Shown in pieces: positions 9,892 through 18,800 of a stretch of DNA of 64,000 nucleotides. Location of the stretch: assembly GCA_046331405.1 (NCBI GenBank), contig JAXLQX010000003.1, positions 307,202 to 371,201 on the forward strand. The letters run 5' to 3'. Numbering within the stretch: the stretch's first letter is position 1; each line of letters starts with the position of its first letter. The DNA is from Thermoanaerobaculia bacterium (GTDB lineage Bacteria; Acidobacteriota; Thermoanaerobaculia; Multivoradales; SZUA-115). The notes below the pieces were generated by a model. It was not told the DNA's origin. It saw only the letters and a program-made list of their open reading frames with translations, and did not search any database. Made by a program: the position numbers and the translations under genes.

Positions 9892-11336
9892 TCGCCCGTC
9901 GCCACCGCTGGAGTGCCGGTGCCTACGTCGCAGCCGACCTCGCCGCCGTCTGCCTGGCCTACTTCACCGCCTGGTTCCTCCGCTTCGAGGCGGTGATCGT
10001 TCCCTTCACCAAGAACCCGCCGGAAGAGTTCACCCGCTACATCCAGCTGGCGCCGGTGGTGCTGCTCCTGTGGCCCACGGTGTTCTACTTCCACGGCCTC
10101 TACCAGTTCAAGCCCGGGCGCAGCCGGGTGGACGAAGCCCTGACCATCCTGATGGCCACCGTGCTCGCCACCCTGATCCTCTCCGGCCTGATGAACTGGG
10201 TGCGCCTCGAAGGCGTGATGCGGCCGGACGGCACCTTCGAGTACTTCACCTTCAGCCGCGTCTTCCAGGCCCTATTCGCCCTGCTCTCACTGCCGGTGGT
10301 GGTGCTGGCGAGAACCGTGGTCTCGGCCCTGCTGCGCCGCCGCCGGGCCCGGGGCGCCGGGCTGCAGCGCATCCTGGTGGCCGGCGCCGGGCCGCTCGGC
10401 GAAGAGGTGGTGCACAAGATCAGCCACCATCCCGAGCTCGGCTATAAGGTGGTGGGCTTCCTCGACGACGACCCTGCCAAGCTGGGCCAGGACATCGCCG
10501 GCGTGCCGGTGGTGGCCCAGCTTCGCCAGGCGAGCGAGGTGCTCGAGCGCGAGCAGATCGACCAGATCTTCGTCAGCCTGCCTCTCGACGCCCACAAGAA
10601 GATGCTGCGCCTGCTGCGCGAAGTGGGCCAGGAGTGCGTGGAGGTGAAGCTGGTCCCGGACGTGCTCCAGTACGCCACCCTCAAGGCCACCCTGGAAGAC
10701 CTCGACGGCACCCCGGTGATCAACCTCTCCGAAGTGCCGCTCCAGGGCTGGAACACCCTGGTGAAGCGGGCGATGGACATGGCCCTCTCGGCGATTCTAA
10801 TCCTCGCCCTGCTGCCCTTCCTGCCGATCGTGGCCCTGGCCATCTGGCTCGAGGACCGCGGCCCGATCTTCTACCGCCAGGAGCGCATGGGCCTGGACGG
10901 CCGGCCGTTCATGATCCTCAAATTCCGCTCCATGAGGGTGAACGCCGAGGCCGCCACCGGGCCGGTCTGGGCGGTGGCGGAGGACCCCCGCTGCACTCGG
11001 GTGGGAGCCCTGCTACGCAAGTGGTCCCTGGACGAGTTTCCCCAGCTGTGGAACGTGCTCCTGGGCGATATGTCGTTGATCGGCCCCCGGCCCGAACGCC
11101 CGGCCTTCGTGTCCGAGTTCAAGCACAAGATTCCGCAGTACATGCTGCGCCATCGAGTGAAGGCAGGCATGACCGGCTGGGCCCAGGTGCACGGCTGGCG
11201 GGGCAACACCTCGGTGAAGAAGCGGCTGGAGTACGACCTCTACTACATCGAGAACTGGTCGGTGGGGCTGGATCTCAAGATCCTGTGGATGACCGCCATG
11301 ACCTTCGCCTTCGACCTGCGCCAGAACGCTTACTGA
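9888..11336 (+). CDS. undecaprenyl-phosphate sugar phosphotransferase (WbaP/EpsE-like polyprenyl glycosylphosphotransferase)
   Basis: N-terminal TM helices, central CoA-binding-like region and C-terminal bacterial sugar transferase domain (DRGPIFYRQERMG...KFRSM...DEFPQLWNVLLGDMSLIGPRP). TTGA overlap with the preceding GT gene. Confidence 0.85.
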   Translation: MIARRHRWSAGAYVAADLAAVCLAYFTAWFLRFEAVIVPFTKNPPEEFTRYIQLAPVVLLLWPTVFYFHGLYQFKPGRSRVDEALTILMATVLATLILSGLMNWVRLEGVMRPDGTFEYFTFSRVFQALFALLSLPVVVLARTVVSALLRRRRARGAGLQRILVAGAGPLGEEVVHKISHHPELGYKVVGFLDDDPAKLGQDIAGVPVVAQLRQASEVLEREQIDQIFVSLPLDAHKKMLRLLREVGQECVEVKLVPDVLQYATLKATLEDLDGTPVINLSEVPLQGWNTLVKRAMDMALSAILILALLPFLPIVALAIWLEDRGPIFYRQERMGLDGRPFMILKFRSMRVNAEAATGPVWAVAEDPRCTRVGALLRKWSLDEFPQLWNVLLGDMSLIGPRPERPAFVSEFKHKIPQYMLRHRVKAGMTGWAQVHGWRGNTSVKKRLEYDLYYIENWSVGLDLKILWMTAMTFAFDLRQNAY

Positions 11337-11354
11337 GCCCGCCTAGCCCGGGAC

Positions 11355-11696
11355 CTAGCCGCGGAAGATGAAATACACCGCCCCCAGCAGGCAGAGGGCG
11401 GCCCAGAGGAAATTCAGCTTCACCGGCTGCCGCATGTAGAGCAGCGCGAACGGCACGAAGACCGAGAGGGTGATCACCTCCTGGAGGATCTTCAGCTGGT
11501 CGAGCCGCAGCTCGCCGTAAGAAAGCCGGTTGGCCGGCACCTGGAGCAGATACTCGAAGAGGGCGATGCCCCAGCTGGCGAGGGCGGCGATGTACCAGGG
11601 GCGATGCTGCAGGTTGCGCAGATGGGCGTACCAGGCGAAGGTCATGAAGACGTTGGAGAGAGCGAGCAGCAGGACCGTTCGCAGGAGGGTGGGCAT
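11355..11696 (-). CDS. small DMT-superfamily membrane protein (DUF486-like)
   Basis: 113 aa with 4 predicted TM helices. Resembles DMT family half-transporters. Confidence 0.55.
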   Translation of the reverse strand: MPTLLRTVLLLALSNVFMTFAWYAHLRNLQHRPWYIAALASWGIALFEYLLQVPANRLSYGELRLDQLKILQEVITLSVFVPFALLYMRQPVKLNFLWAALCLLGAVYFIFRG

Positions 11697-11789
11697 CGGC
11701 GGGCCGGAATCCTAGCAGCCTGGCTCTGCTAGAGTCGCCGCCGGCTCGACCCGCGACGCTGGATGAATCTCACAAGGAGGCAGGCAACG

Positions 11790-12311
11790 ATGACACGCAC
11801 TGTGGCAATGGGCTTGGTGTTGAGCGCTTTCCTCGCGCCGGCGGCGTTCGCTGCCGATGCGCCGGGCGGCAAAGTACAGGCCGAGTTGGTGAGCAGCCTC
11901 GAGGAGGCCGTGAACAAGGTGGTGCAGCTCGCCGAGGCGATCCCGGCCGAGAAGTTCGCCTGGCGCCCGGCTCCCGGCGTGCGCTCGGTGATGGAGGTGG
12001 TGGGCCACGTCAGCGGCGGCAACTACCTGTTCAGCAAGCTGCTGGGCAACCCCAACCCGGCCGCCGGCACCGACCCGGAGAAAGAGACCGACAAGGCCAA
12101 GGCGATCGCCGCTCTCAAGGCCTCGCTCGAACATCTGAAGAAAACCGAGCTGGCCGTTTCGGATGCCGACCTCGACAAAACCGCCGACTTCTTCGGCCGC
12201 CCGGCCACCCAGCGCTCCCTGATGGTGCGCGCCGCCGGCCACGCCCACGAGCACCTCGGCCAGCTGATCGCCTACGCCCGCAGCAACGGCGTCAAGCCGC
12301 CCTGGAGCTAG
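11790..12311 (+). CDS. DinB/YfiT-like (DinB_2) family protein with signal peptide
   Basis: His-rich motifs (VGHVSGG, AAGHAHEHLGQLIAY) typical of the DinB_2 four-helix bundle. AGGAGG lies 9 nt upstream of ATG 11790; the track ORF starts at 11763. Confidence 0.55.
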   Translation: MTRTVAMGLVLSAFLAPAAFAADAPGGKVQAELVSSLEEAVNKVVQLAEAIPAEKFAWRPAPGVRSVMEVVGHVSGGNYLFSKLLGNPNPAAGTDPEKETDKAKAIAALKASLEHLKKTELAVSDADLDKTADFFGRPATQRSLMVRAAGHAHEHLGQLIAYARSNGVKPPWS

Positions 12312-12326
12312 AACCTGCAGCCCCCA

Positions 12327-12351
12327 CCCCGGGAGCACCACGTTCCCGGGG
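12327..12351. terminator. bidirectional hairpin between convergent genes (CCCCGGGA-N9-TCCCGGGG)
   Basis: Perfect 8-bp GC-rich inverted repeat in the 51-nt gap between the DinB-like gene (+) and the small secreted protein gene (-). No U tract. Confidence 0.35.
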
Positions 12352-12362
12352 TGCCCCCACCG

Positions 12363-12725
12363 CTACTGCGAAGCGTCCTGGCAGCCGAGCAGGATCTTGT
12401 TGGTGATGGTCCACTTCTCCTTGCCGGCGCAGATGTCCACGTTCGACACCACACACTCGTCACCGTCCTCGTCGATGAGCTTGACGTCGTAGGTATCGCA
12501 AGGGATGTCGGTCAGGGTGAAGGACTCGCCACTGCTGATCACCGCCTCGCCCAGCTGATCCGGGCCCCACTGCTCTTCGTCCGTGCTGGAGAGGTAGAAG
12601 TGGTGGATCTCCCAGTCGCTCTCGTTGACGATTTTGACCGAGGCATTCTTCGCCCAGGCGGCCGAAGAACCCAGCAAACCGAGGACAAGCATCGACAAGA
12701 CAGAGCGCAAGAGCCATTTATTCAT
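12363..12725 (-). CDS. small secreted Cys-containing hypothetical protein
   Basis: Signal peptide MNKWLLRSVLSMLVLGLLGSSAAWA and 4 Cys. Sits in a lower-GC islet with AAT/AAA/TTG codons. GGAGG lies 6 nt upstream of ATG 12725. Confidence 0.5.
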   Translation of the reverse strand: MNKWLLRSVLSMLVLGLLGSSAAWAKNASVKIVNESDWEIHHFYLSSTDEEQWGPDQLGEAVISSGESFTLTDIPCDTYDVKLIDEDGDECVVSNVDICAGKEKWTITNKILLGCQDASQ

Positions 12726-12796
12726 AATATTCCTCCACACTGGAAAGCTAGGATTCTAGCACCCCCCGCCTTTGTGCCCTGGCATAACATCCCACC

Positions 12797-14971
12797 GTGC
12801 CGGCGCAAGAACAGCTGGAAGGAGCGGTGGAACGCATCCTCTTCCTGAACGAGGAGAACGGCTGGAGCGTGGTGAAGCTCGCGCCGGCCGAGGGTGGGGA
12901 AGCGATTACCGTGGTCGGCCACCTGGGAGACGTGCAGCCCGGCGAGAGCCTCGCCCTCTCCGGCCTCTGGCAGGAGGACCGCAAGTTCGGCCGGCAGTTC
13001 AAGGTGGATTCCCACCGCTCGGTCCTGCCTACCCAGGTGGATGCCATCGAGAAGTACCTCGGCTCCGGCCTGATCCCCGGCATCGGCAAGGCCATGGCGC
13101 GCCGCCTCGTAGAGCGCTTCGGCGAGGCCACGCTCGAGGTGATCGACCGCTACTCGGCCCGCCTGCTCGAAGTGCCGGGCATCGGCGCCAAGCGCAGCGC
13201 CGCGATCCGCGAGGCCTGGGTGGAGCAACGCGAGATCCGCGCCGTGATGCTCTTCCTGCAGGGCCACGGCATCGGCACCGCCCATGCCCTGCGCATCTGG
13301 AAGGCCTATGGCAACGCCGCCGTGGCGGTGCTCGAGAGCAACCCCTACCGCCTGGCCGCCGAGATCCACGGCATCGGCTTCAAGACCGCCGACCAGATCG
13401 CCGCCCGTCTGGGCCTGCCCCGAGACGCCCCGGAGCGCGCCGCCGCGGGCCTCCTCTACCTGTTGGCCGAGGCGAGCGAGCAGGGGCATTGCTTCTTGCC
13501 CCGGGCTCAGCTGCTCAGCCGCAGCCAGGAGCTGCTCTCGCTGCCGGCGGCTCCGCTCGAAACGGCCCTCGAGCGCCTGGCCGAGGGCCATCGGGTGAAG
13601 GCCGAGCCGGACGAGGCCGGGGAGGTAGCGATCTATCTGCCCGAGCTCCACCGCGCCGAAACCGGCCTGGCGGAGGATCTCGCGCGGCTGCTGCGGGCGC
13701 CAGGCCGCCCTCTCGAGCTCGACCTCGAAGCCGAACTCGCCTGGTTCGAGGCGCGAGAGCGGATCACCCTCGCGGCGGCCCAGCGGGAGGCCATCAAGAG
13801 GGCTCTGCATGCCCGCGTGCTGGTGGTGACCGGCGGCCCCGGCACCGGCAAGACCACCCTGGTTCGCGGCATCGTGGCCATTCTCGTCCGCCGCGGCCGC
13901 CAGGTGCTGCTCGCCGCGCCGACCGGCCGCGCCGCCCGCCGGCTGGCCGAGGCCACCGGTGCCGAGGCCCGCACGGTGCACCGGCTGCTCGAGTGGAGCC
14001 CTCGCTCCCTGGGCTTCGAGCGCCACCGGGACCGCCCCCTGGAAGCCGACCTGGTGCTGATCGACGAGGCCTCGATGCTCGATGCCCCGCTCGCCGCGGC
14101 GATCGCCGAGGCCCTGCCCGTCGACGCCCAGCTGGTGCTGGTGGGGGATGTCGATCAGCTGCCTTCGGTGGGCCCGGGCAACGTGCTCGCGGACCTGATC
14201 GGCTCCGGGGCGGTGGCGGTGGTGCGGCTCACGGAAGTCTTCCGCCAGGCCCAGCAGAGCCGCATCGTGGTCAACGCCCACCGCATCCGCCAGGGGCAGA
14301 TGCCGGAGCTCGAAGCCCGCGAAGAAGGCTCGGATTTCTTCTTCATCGAGAGGCCGGAGGCCGAGGGCCTGATCGCCACCCTGGGCGAAATGGTGGCCCG
14401 GCGCATCCCGGCCCGCTTCGGCTTCCACCCGCTCGAGGACATCCAGGTGCTCTCGCCGATGAACCGCGGGCCGCTGGGAGTGATCCAGCTCAACCGCCAG
14501 CTGCGCGAGCTGCTCAACCCGGCCGGCAAGGAGCTGGTGCGCAACGGCCGCGTGCTGAGGCTGGGCGACAAGGTGATGCAGGTGCGGAACAACTACGAGC
14601 GGGAGGTCTTCAACGGCGACCTCGGTCGGATCACCGCCCTGGACGAGGAAGAACAAGAGCTCGAGGTGTGCTTCGACGGCCGCCCGCTCCACTACTCCTT
14701 CAAGGACTTGGACGAACTCGCCGCGGCCTACGCCTGCTCGATCCACAAGAGCCAGGGCAGCGAGTACCCCTGCGTGGTGCTGCCGGTGCACAGCCAGCAC
14801 TACGTGATGCTGGAGAGGAACCTCATCTACACCGCCTTGACCCGCGCCCGCCGGCTCGCCGTGCTGATCGGCGAGAAGCGGGCGCTGGGGATCGCGGTGC
14901 GCAACGTGCGCAACCGACGCCGCCACTCGGGGCTCCTGGCCCGGCTCCAGGCCCTGGCCGCCGAGGCCTGA
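12797..14971 (+). CDS. recD2: RecD2-type SF1 ATP-dependent DNA helicase
   Basis: N-terminal HhH region, Walker A VVTGGPGTGKTT, helicase motifs and C-terminal SH3-like domain. About 724 aa, typical of RecD2. Confidence 0.85.
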   Translation: MPAQEQLEGAVERILFLNEENGWSVVKLAPAEGGEAITVVGHLGDVQPGESLALSGLWQEDRKFGRQFKVDSHRSVLPTQVDAIEKYLGSGLIPGIGKAMARRLVERFGEATLEVIDRYSARLLEVPGIGAKRSAAIREAWVEQREIRAVMLFLQGHGIGTAHALRIWKAYGNAAVAVLESNPYRLAAEIHGIGFKTADQIAARLGLPRDAPERAAAGLLYLLAEASEQGHCFLPRAQLLSRSQELLSLPAAPLETALERLAEGHRVKAEPDEAGEVAIYLPELHRAETGLAEDLARLLRAPGRPLELDLEAELAWFEARERITLAAAQREAIKRALHARVLVVTGGPGTGKTTLVRGIVAILVRRGRQVLLAAPTGRAARRLAEATGAEARTVHRLLEWSPRSLGFERHRDRPLEADLVLIDEASMLDAPLAAAIAEALPVDAQLVLVGDVDQLPSVGPGNVLADLIGSGAVAVVRLTEVFRQAQQSRIVVNAHRIRQGQMPELEAREEGSDFFFIERPEAEGLIATLGEMVARRIPARFGFHPLEDIQVLSPMNRGPLGVIQLNRQLRELLNPAGKELVRNGRVLRLGDKVMQVRNNYEREVFNGDLGRITALDEEEQELEVCFDGRPLHYSFKDLDELAAAYACSIHKSQGSEYPCVVLPVHSQHYVMLERNLIYTALTRARRLAVLIGEKRALGIAVRNVRNRRRHSGLLARLQALAAEA

Positions 14972-14990
14972 GCCCGGGCCGCGCAGTCGC

Positions 14991-16646
14991 TCAGCCTGGC
15001 CGAGTCTTCTCCTCGCTCTCGTCCTCGGCCGGAGGCTCGCTCGGCGAGTCCGGTTCCGGCTCAGGGGGCTCGGGCGGCTCCGGCTCGAGCGGCGGCATGG
15101 CGAAGGTGGGCCCTGGCTCCGGCTGGCTCCAGGCCGGCTGAGGTGGCGCCGGCACCGGCGGCTCGGGTACCACGGGGATGCCCCAGCGGTCGCCTCCGTT
15201 GGGCGGTCCTTCCCCCTTCAGGGGCCCTCGGCGGCCAAAGCGGGTGAGCACCACCGAGCCGAGGCCGAGGGTGAGGGCGACGAAGCGGATCATGCTGCCG
15301 AGCCCCAGGAACATCCAGCCGGGCAGGCGCATGCAACCCGAGGAAACCAGAAGCAGGGCGCCCAGGAGCGTGGTGGCTTCGATCACGGCGAGACCCGCGA
15401 CCAGAGTGCCGAAGCCGGAGGGGATCCGCAGGCCGAAGCGTTCCTTGAGCCACTCGCCGAGCTCCTTGGCCACGCCGGCGTAGCCGAGCAGCAGGGCAGC
15501 CGCGAGAGCGAAGGGCACCACGATCAAGAGCGGCACGATCAGCAGGCAACCGACGATGGTGATCAGCAGGGCGAGGATCACCACGCCGAGGGCCGGCAGG
15601 AACAGGATCCAGACCAGAAGCCCCACCAGGCCGGCCTTCCACCACTCCCGCTCGAGATTGGCCTGAACCCGACTGACAGCCCGCGGTACCGCGAGCCAGA
15701 TGGCCGAGAGCAGGATCGCCGCCAGGCAGAGCTTGAACAGACGCCAGAACAGGGCCCAGAGGTGGCCGCCGGAGCCGAGAAAGGGACCCAAGCCCACCAG
15801 CCAGGCTAGGCCCGGAGCTTCTCCGTGCCGGCCCATGGCGCCGAGCGGCACTTCCGTCTGCGAGCCCTGCACCTCCGAGCCGGCTGCCCGCTCCACCCGG
15901 CCGCCGACCGCGGTGACGCCGTTGCCCACGCGGGCATGGGGCCCGAGCTCCACTCCGCCGTAGACCGAGGTCACCTCGCCGCCCACGGTGCCTTCCACCC
16001 GCACCCGGCCGAAGACCGCCAGGGCGTCCCGGCGGACCTCGCCGAGCACCGTCACGTCGCCGAAGACGGCGGTGGCGGCGCTCGCGGTCTCGTCCGGCCC
16101 GATCTCGAGATCGTCGAAGATGGTGAATTGATCCCCCACCCGGCGCAGCCTGGTGGGCGCCTCGGGTGCAGGAGTCTCCTCGGGCTCGGCGGGAGTCGAA
16201 GCTTCGGGAGTTTCGGCCGCCCCGCTCGGAGGGCTCGGCGGCGGAGGCGGAATGGGGGCCGATGGCGCGGCGGTCGGGGGCAGGGAGACGAGATCCCGCG
16301 CATCGAAGCCGAAGAGCTTGCGCTGCTCGGCCGCCGGCAGCTTCGAAAGCTGCAGCACGGGCGCTGCGGCGGCGCCGATCCACTGCACCAGCACGCCTTC
16401 GGGAACCTTCGCGCCATTGACGCGAATCTCGGCGCCGGCCACCGCGATGTTGTCGACCCCCGGTTGCGCGGCGCGGAACTTCAACGTCACGCCGCCCGAG
16501 GAGGGCTCGACCTGGAATTGCCTCTCGAGGTCCGCTCGGAGGGTGGATGGAGGCTGGGTCCAGGCCGGAGAAAGAAAGACGAAAAGCGCCGCGGCAGCGA
16601 GCAGCAGAGCCCGAGCCGCGGGCAGGGATCTTCTAGAGTCGAGCAT
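14991..16646 (-). CDS. secreted/membrane protein with Pro-rich linker, bactofilin-like beta-helical repeat region and multi-TM C-terminal domain
   Basis: Signal peptide, then a PPPPSPP linker, then repetitive G-V-x-V-x-G segments (FGDVTVLGEVRRDALAVFGRVRVEGTVGGEVTSVYGGVELG), about 6 TM helices and a Pro/Glu-rich tail. Overlaps the upstream anti-sigma gene by 14 nt. Confidence 0.5.
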   Translation of the reverse strand: MLDSRRSLPAARALLLAAAALFVFLSPAWTQPPSTLRADLERQFQVEPSSGGVTLKFRAAQPGVDNIAVAGAEIRVNGAKVPEGVLVQWIGAAAAPVLQLSKLPAAEQRKLFGFDARDLVSLPPTAAPSAPIPPPPPSPPSGAAETPEASTPAEPEETPAPEAPTRLRRVGDQFTIFDDLEIGPDETASAATAVFGDVTVLGEVRRDALAVFGRVRVEGTVGGEVTSVYGGVELGPHARVGNGVTAVGGRVERAAGSEVQGSQTEVPLGAMGRHGEAPGLAWLVGLGPFLGSGGHLWALFWRLFKLCLAAILLSAIWLAVPRAVSRVQANLEREWWKAGLVGLLVWILFLPALGVVILALLITIVGCLLIVPLLIVVPFALAAALLLGYAGVAKELGEWLKERFGLRIPSGFGTLVAGLAVIEATTLLGALLLVSSGCMRLPGWMFLGLGSMIRFVALTLGLGSVVLTRFGRRGPLKGEGPPNGGDRWGIPVVPEPPVPAPPQPAWSQPEPGPTFAMPPLEPEPPEPPEPEPDSPSEPPAEDESEEKTRPG

Positions 16647-17217
16647 GGGTCTGTCTCCTCGGCCCGTAAACCGACTGCGCAGCGACTCGCAAGAGGAAAG
16701 CGCCGAGGGCGAGAGCGACCGTCGCTCCGCCGGCCGCCACGGGAGTGTTGACCAGCCCAGCCAGGCCGGCGACTACGCCATCCAGCCGTTGACCCCAGAT
16801 CAGCGTTTCCGTCAAGCCGGCCGTGGCAGAACGGACCATCTCGGCCAGCACGGCCATCAAGCCGGCCCAGCCGAAGTCGGCCCAGCCGAGCTTCTCGGCG
16901 AGCCCCGGCAGAGTGGCAGCGATCGCCACCGAGCCGAGCGCCAGCGCCAGCACAGCCGCCGCCGAGAGCCAGCGCAGCCAGCTCGGGGCGCGGCGCCTCT
17001 CGGCTTGCCGCGCGCCGGCCGAGAGCGCCTGCCACCGCTCGGCGGTGCGTGCGGCGAAACCCTCGGGCACGGGCAGAACCGGGCTCTGGGCGAAGAGCGC
17101 CGAGAGGGCGCTTTCGGCCATCTCGTCCGCACCGACCTGCTCGGCGGCGAGCCAGGCTTCGAGCTCGCGGTCGAAGGCCGTCGGCTCGGTGCGCGATGGG
17201 TTGCGGCGCTCTTCCAC
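16633..17217 (-). CDS. putative anti-sigma factor (single-pass membrane protein)
   Basis: Immediately downstream of the ECF sigma gene. Cytoplasmic N-terminal helix region, one TM helix (WLRWLSAAAVLALALGSVAIAA), periplasmic C-terminus. Confidence 0.5.
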   Translation of the reverse strand: MEERRNPSRTEPTAFDRELEAWLAAEQVGADEMAESALSALFAQSPVLPVPEGFAARTAERWQALSAGARQAERRRAPSWLRWLSAAAVLALALGSVAIAATLPGLAEKLGWADFGWAGLMAVLAEMVRSATAGLTETLIWGQRLDGVVAGLAGLVNTPVAAGGATVALALGAFLLRVAAQSVYGPRRQTHARL

Positions 17218-17265
17218 GGGTTGTTGTCTCCTCTCGAGACCGGTCGCTGCCGGGCTCGCCCTGCC

Positions 17266-17877
17266 CTACGGCGAGTCTCCGCGTTCGGTTTCGCCGCTCG
17301 GCCGATAACCGCGCCGGCGCATCCCCGCCGCCAGCTCCTTGCGGGCCCGGTGGATGTAGGTCTTGACGGTGCCCAGGGGGAGCGACATCACTTCGGCGAT
17401 CTCTTCGTAGGCCAGCCCTTCTTGGAAGCGTAGCACGATGACTTCGCGGTACTCGGGCCGCACTTCGGCGAGGGCGCCCTCGAGCTCACGGCCCAGATCG
17501 CGGTTCTCGGCGTCCGCTTCCGGGGTCGCGGCGCTCTCGTCCTCGAGCCGCTCCGCCCGGCTCGTCTCGCCTTCCTCGCTGCTGTCGAGCGAAACCGTCT
17601 GGCGCAGCTTCTGCTGGCGCAGGGCGTCGAGCGCGGTGTTGTGGGCGATCTTGAACAGCCAGCTCGAGAAGCGGTGTTCGGGCTCGAAGCGGGAGAGCGC
17701 CGAGAAGGCCTTGAGGAAAGCCTCCTGGGCGATGTCCTCGGCGAGGCTCGGGTCCTTGACCATGCGGACGATCAAGCTCCACACCGGTCGCTGGAAGCGC
17801 TCCACCAGCGCCCGGTAGGCGAGCTCCTCGCCCTCGAGCGCTCGCCTTACGAGCTCTGAGTCTGCGAGCTCTCGCAC
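17266..17877 (-). CDS. ECF-family RNA polymerase sigma factor
   Basis: Sigma-70 region 2 (VWSLIVRMVKDPSLAEDIAQEAFLKAF) and region 4 (LAYEEIAEVMSLPLGTVKTYIHRARKEL). GTG start preceded by GGAGG. Confidence 0.85.
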   Translation of the reverse strand: MRELADSELVRRALEGEELAYRALVERFQRPVWSLIVRMVKDPSLAEDIAQEAFLKAFSALSRFEPEHRFSSWLFKIAHNTALDALRQQKLRQTVSLDSSEEGETSRAERLEDESAATPEADAENRDLGRELEGALAEVRPEYREVIVLRFQEGLAYEEIAEVMSLPLGTVKTYIHRARKELAAGMRRRGYRPSGETERGDSP

Positions 17878-17903
17878 GATTCTCCTCGGCCTCGGGCGTC
17901 TGG

Positions 17904-17928
17904 TACGCCGGGGCCGCTCGGGGGTTTC
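17904..17928 (-). promoter_or_regulatory. candidate ECF-type autoregulatory promoter (GAAAC-N16-CGTA)
   Basis: On the minus strand, GAAAC then 16 nt then CGTA, about 25 nt upstream of the sigma factor GTG. Resembles the ECF -35 GGAAC / -10 CGT consensus. Confidence 0.25.
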
Positions 17929-18175
17929 AGGTCGGCCGCCGCCCTCGCTCCTCGAAGGCTCGCAGCCGCGCCGTGGCTCGAAGATCCGAATACCGCTGCT
18001 ACACTACCGCTACTCTACCGACGGGCGACCACGGCCGAGCGAGGGTTGGAAGGCCCCTTGACAGGATGGGCGAGGGCTCGACGGGCCGGGCGCTGCTCTC
18101 CCGGGTCCACGAGCGCCTTCGCCCCCTCCTTCGTGCCGCTGGCGGCCCCGAGGATCTCGTATGGAGACGAAAGAC

Positions 18176-18733
18176 ATGAAGAAATCAGCTTTGGCCCTCC
18201 TTTTCGCCCTGGCCCTTCAGAGCCCGAGCTTCGGCGCGACCTTGAACGGCGTCACTCTGGCGGATACCTCCAACGCCGGCGGCCAGGACCTGGTGCTCAA
18301 CGGCATCGCCCTGCGTACCAAGCTCTTCTTCAAGATCTACGTCGGCGGGCTCTACCTCCCGGCCAAGGAGAAGGACGCTGCCAAGATCCTGGCCACCGAC
18401 GGCCCCCGACAGATGGTGATGCACTGGATCTACGAGGTGAGCAAAGCCAAGAGCTGCGAAGTCTGGGAGGAAGGGCTCGAGGCCAACACGCCGAACCCCA
18501 GCCCGGAGGTCAAGCAGGGCTTCGCCAGCCTGTGCAGCTGGATGATCGACACCAAGGAGGGGGACCGCTTCGTGTTCACCTACGTGCCCGGCACCGGCAC
18601 CACGGTGGAGGTGAAGGGAGAAAGGAAGGGCGTGGTGGCCGGCAAGGCCTTCGCGGACGCCCTGTTCGCCGTGTGGCTGGGGCCCAAGCCGTCGGCCGGC
18701 GGCGATTTCAAGAAGGCGATTCTCGGCGGCTAG
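18176..18733 (+). CDS. chalcone isomerase-like (Chalcone_3) family secreted protein
   Basis: Signal peptide, then NGVTLADT...LVLNGIALRTKLFFKIYVGGLYL, characteristic of bacterial chalcone-isomerase-like proteins. GGAGA lies 8 nt upstream of ATG 18176. Confidence 0.6.
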   Translation: MKKSALALLFALALQSPSFGATLNGVTLADTSNAGGQDLVLNGIALRTKLFFKIYVGGLYLPAKEKDAAKILATDGPRQMVMHWIYEVSKAKSCEVWEEGLEANTPNPSPEVKQGFASLCSWMIDTKEGDRFVFTYVPGTGTTVEVKGERKGVVAGKAFADALFAVWLGPKPSAGGDFKKAILGG

Positions 18734-18757
18734 ACGGTGCCGGGAACGCCCTGCCGC

Positions 18758-18790
18758 AAAAAAAGAGAGGAGCGCTTGCCGGCGCTCCTC
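18758..18790 (-). terminator. intrinsic terminator oriented for minus-strand transcripts (9-bp GC stem then U7)
   Basis: GAGGAGCGC-ttgccg-GCGCTCCTC hairpin is preceded on the plus strand by A7. On minus-strand RNA this reads hairpin + UCUUUUUUUG. Confidence 0.45.
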
Positions 18791-18800
18791 CGCGGGAGGG

